Below, one piece after another: positions 62,070-64,000 of a stretch of DNA of 64,000 nucleotides. The translations under genes and the position numbers were made by a program. Source of the stretch: Frankiaceae bacterium (GTDB taxonomy: Bacteria > Actinomycetota > Actinomycetes > JAFAQI01); assembly GCA_025929315.1 (NCBI GenBank), contig JAICMI010000002.1:209-64208 (forward strand), written 5' to 3'. The stretch's first letter is position 1, and each line of letters opens with the position of its first letter. The notes beneath the pieces were generated by a model, which worked only from the letters and a program-made list of their open reading frames with translations, was not told the origin of the DNA and ran no database searches.

Positions 62070-62713
62070 AGAAGGTCCTGCTGGTCGACGACCACGACCT
62101 CATCCGCCAAGGACTGAGGCACGCTTTCGAGCGCGCTGACGACTTCAGCGTCGTCGGTGAGGCTTCGTCGGTCGCCGAAGGCCTCGCAGTGGCGTCTCAG
62201 ACCCAGCCCAACGTCGTCATCATGGACGTGCGACTGCCGGATGGCAGCGGACTCGACGCGGTGAAGAAGCTCCGCGCGATGGACGCCCAGATGGGCATCG
62301 TCGTACTCACCATGTACGCCGGCGACGAGCATCTGTTCGGCGCTCTCGAAGCGGGCGCGTCCGCCTTCGTGCCCAAAGACGCGCCCGCCGACGACGTCGT
62401 CTCGGCCGCACGCCACGCCGCCGCTTCGCCGGACGCGTTCTCGGCAGCCGATCTGGCCTCGGCGATGAAACGGCGACTGACACCTCAGGGCCCTCAAGTC
62501 TCGCCGCGTGAGCGCGAGGTGCTCGGTCTGCTGGCCGATGGCCTGGCCGTAGCGCAGATCGCCCGGACGCTCTACATCTCCGAGTCGACCGCCAAGACCC
62601 ACATCTCCAAGCTCTACGAGAAGCTCGGCGCCGGCAACCGCGCGCAGGCGATCATGGCTGCAATGCGGATGGGACTCATCAAGCCGCAGACCGCCGAGGA
62701 CAACCTGCCCTAG
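62066..62713 (+). CDS. LuxR/NarL family two-component response regulator
   Basis: MKKVLLVDDHDLIRQGL... receiver with phospho-Asp, and LuxR HTH (LSPREREVLGLLADGLAVAQIARTLYISESTAKTH). ATGA overlap with the HK. Confidence 0.9.
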   Translation: MKKVLLVDDHDLIRQGLRHAFERADDFSVVGEASSVAEGLAVASQTQPNVVIMDVRLPDGSGLDAVKKLRAMDAQMGIVVLTMYAGDEHLFGALEAGASAFVPKDAPADDVVSAARHAAASPDAFSAADLASAMKRRLTPQGPQVSPREREVLGLLADGLAVAQIARTLYISESTAKTHISKLYEKLGAGNRAQAIMAAMRMGLIKPQTAEDNLP

Positions 62714-63062
62714 CCGCCTACCGAGCCGAGCCAAATCGGTCAATAGGGCGAAGCGGCCGAATTTCCGCGCTCATCGACGATGCCGCACATTCCCCCCGTC
62801 CGTCACGATGATGGCGGCGCTGGGCACGAGGGGGGTCCAGGGACACGTCGAGACGACTGGTCGGATTCCGGCCGGTCGTCTTCGTCGTTACTGTCGCTAG
62901 ACGCCAGCCTGTCACCTGTCAATCGTCTGGCCGGTGGACGTACCTCCGCTACGCGGCGGCGAACCTGAGCCCCTCGTCCGATGACCGGGACCTCGCCGCT
63001 CACGTTGACTTGACACGGTCGACATCGAGGGGTGGGGGCGACTCGTGACCGTGCCCGGCCAC

Positions 63063-63170
63063 ATGAGGCGACGCGGGGTGCCGCGCCTCGACCTCGAGCA
63101 TGTGCTGATTCTGATCGGGGCCCTCGGGATCCTGGCGACGGTCGCGATCGTCCTGTGGGGGCAGGCCTAG
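63063..63170 (+). CDS. Tiny predicted single-TM peptide (35 aa) immediately upstream of pilT-like gene
   Basis: MRRRGVPRLDLEHVLILIGALGILATVAIVLWGQA. GAGGGGTGGGGG RBS-like stretch upstream (alternative GTG at 63045). TAG is 3 nt before the pilT ATG. Confidence 0.35.
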   Translation: MRRRGVPRLDLEHVLILIGALGILATVAIVLWGQA

Positions 63171-63173
63171 CTC

Positions 63174-64000
63174 ATGCCGACCGCGAAAAAGCCGGCAGAC
63201 ACGCGGATCGCCGGCCTTCTCAAGAACCTGTGGGAGCTCAGCGCCACGGACCTGCTGTTGACGGTCGGCGCTCCACCGCTGATGCGTCGCGACGGTCACT
63301 TGCAACCGTTCAACGGCGACCTGCCGCTCACGGCCAAGGACACGGCCTCGATGCTGGAGTCGATCCTCAAGAGTGTCGGTCGCGACGCTTTCCCCGACGA
63401 CATCCGCGAGCTGGACTTCTCCTTCAGCTACCAGGACAAGGCGCGAATCCGCGGCAACGCCTACCGCCAGCGCGGCAACATCGCAGTGGCCTTGCGCCTC
63501 ATCCCGCACGCCATCCCGTCATTCGACTGGCTCGGCATCCCGCCGACCGTGCGGAAGTGGGCCGAGCTGCGCCGTGGACTGGTGTTCCTCACCGGTCCCA
63601 CCGGCGGAGGCAAGAGCACGACACTCGCGAGCCTCATCGAGTGGATCAACCAGAACCGTCGCTGTCACATCATCACGATCGAGGACCCGATCGAGTACGT
63701 GCACGACCACGCGCTGTCCGCGGTCGACCAGCGTGAGGTCGGCGATGACACGCTGAGCTTCAGCGACGCTCTTCGCAGCGCGCTTCGCGAAGACCCCGAT
63801 GTGCTGCTCGTCGGCGAGATGCGCGACCTCGAGTCGATCCGGTTCGCACTCACCATCGCCGAGACGGGTCATCTGGTGTTCGCAACGTTGCACACCAACG
63901 ACGTCTCGCAGGCGCTGGATCGCATCGTCGACGTCTTTCCGGCCGAACAGCAGACTCAGATCAGAGTTCAGCTCGCCAACACACTGTCGGGCATCTGCTA
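63174..64000 (+). CDS. pilT: PilT-family type IV pilus retraction/twitching ATPase (5' partial, continues beyond window)
   Basis: Manual translation: MPTAKKPADTRIAGLLKNLWELSATDLLLTVGAPP...LVFLTGPTGGGKSTTLASLIEWINQNRRCHIITIEDPIEYVHDH...REVGDDTLSFSDALRSALREDPDVLLVGEMRDLESIRFALTIAETGHLVFATLHTN... Shows Walker A, Asp box, Walker B and His box of PilT/PilU. Not in the ORF track because no stop occurs before the window end. Confidence 0.75.
   Translation, partial: MPTAKKPADTRIAGLLKNLWELSATDLLLTVGAPPLMRRDGHLQPFNGDLPLTAKDTASMLESILKSVGRDAFPDDIRELDFSFSYQDKARIRGNAYRQRGNIAVALRLIPHAIPSFDWLGIPPTVRKWAELRRGLVFLTGPTGGGKSTTLASLIEWINQNRRCHIITIEDPIEYVHDHALSAVDQREVGDDTLSFSDALRSALREDPDVLLVGEMRDLESIRFALTIAETGHLVFATLHTNDVSQALDRIVDVFPAEQQTQIRVQLANTLSGIC

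Noticed and set aside
62714-63045. Possible pilin gene or riboswitch in the 330-nt gap between the response regulator and the pilT-like gene
   Set aside because: No ORF with a prepilin leader (G-F-T-L-I-E) and no recognisable riboswitch consensus could be read. Only a tiny TM ORF and a TTGACT..(promoter-like) stretch near 63001-63016 are visible, so nothing is claimed beyond that.
63000-63509. Minus-strand ORF 63000..63509 (169 aa)
   Set aside because: Antisense to the clearly PilT-like coding frame and the small TM ORF. No features of its own.

Overview
This is a high-GC actinobacterial chromosome segment; 64 CDS are called with no rRNA, tRNA or CRISPR, and two TLS DNA polymerases lie near the division/cell-wall (dcw) cluster. 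Gene order parallels the M. tuberculosis Rv2153c-Rv2187 neighbourhood. On the minus strand the full dcw cluster is present, mraZ-rsmH-ftsL-ftsI-murE-murF-mraY-murD-ftsW-murG (13.2 kb -> 1.6 kb), with ATGA/GTGA stop-start overlaps throughout. After murG it runs into a CBS-domain sugar nucleotidyltransferase and an NAD-dependent epimerase rather than murC-ftsQ-ftsZ. Upstream of mraZ there is an array of four 10-bp-periodic GTGGNG MraZ-box repeats. Divergent from it is a MoxR / DUF58 / transglutaminase-like membrane protein triad. Further on come DinB, a methyltransferase, a secreted protein, and an error-prone DnaE2 polymerase. DnaE2 is preceded, instead of by imuA'/imuB, by two tiny translationally coupled genes (a 97-aa protein and a SAV_6107-type HEPN protein) behind a perfect actinobacterial LexA box (TCGAAC-N4-GTTCGA). 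The rest is housekeeping with Mtb-like order: ybaK, GNAT, MaoC, metF, idsA, thiE, an Rv2175c-like DNA-binding protein, a PASTA Ser/Thr kinase, nfo, two DAHP synthases, aroG, pfkA, glpK, plsC, fadD15, an ArsA-like ATPase, carbamate kinase and a ROK glucokinase. Between aroG and pfkA a DUF559/AbiEi-type gene sits inside imperfect terminal inverted repeats, which looks like a small mobile insertion. The window ends with a GAF histidine kinase / NarL regulator pair, a tiny TM peptide ORF and a 5'-partial PilT-family ATPase.
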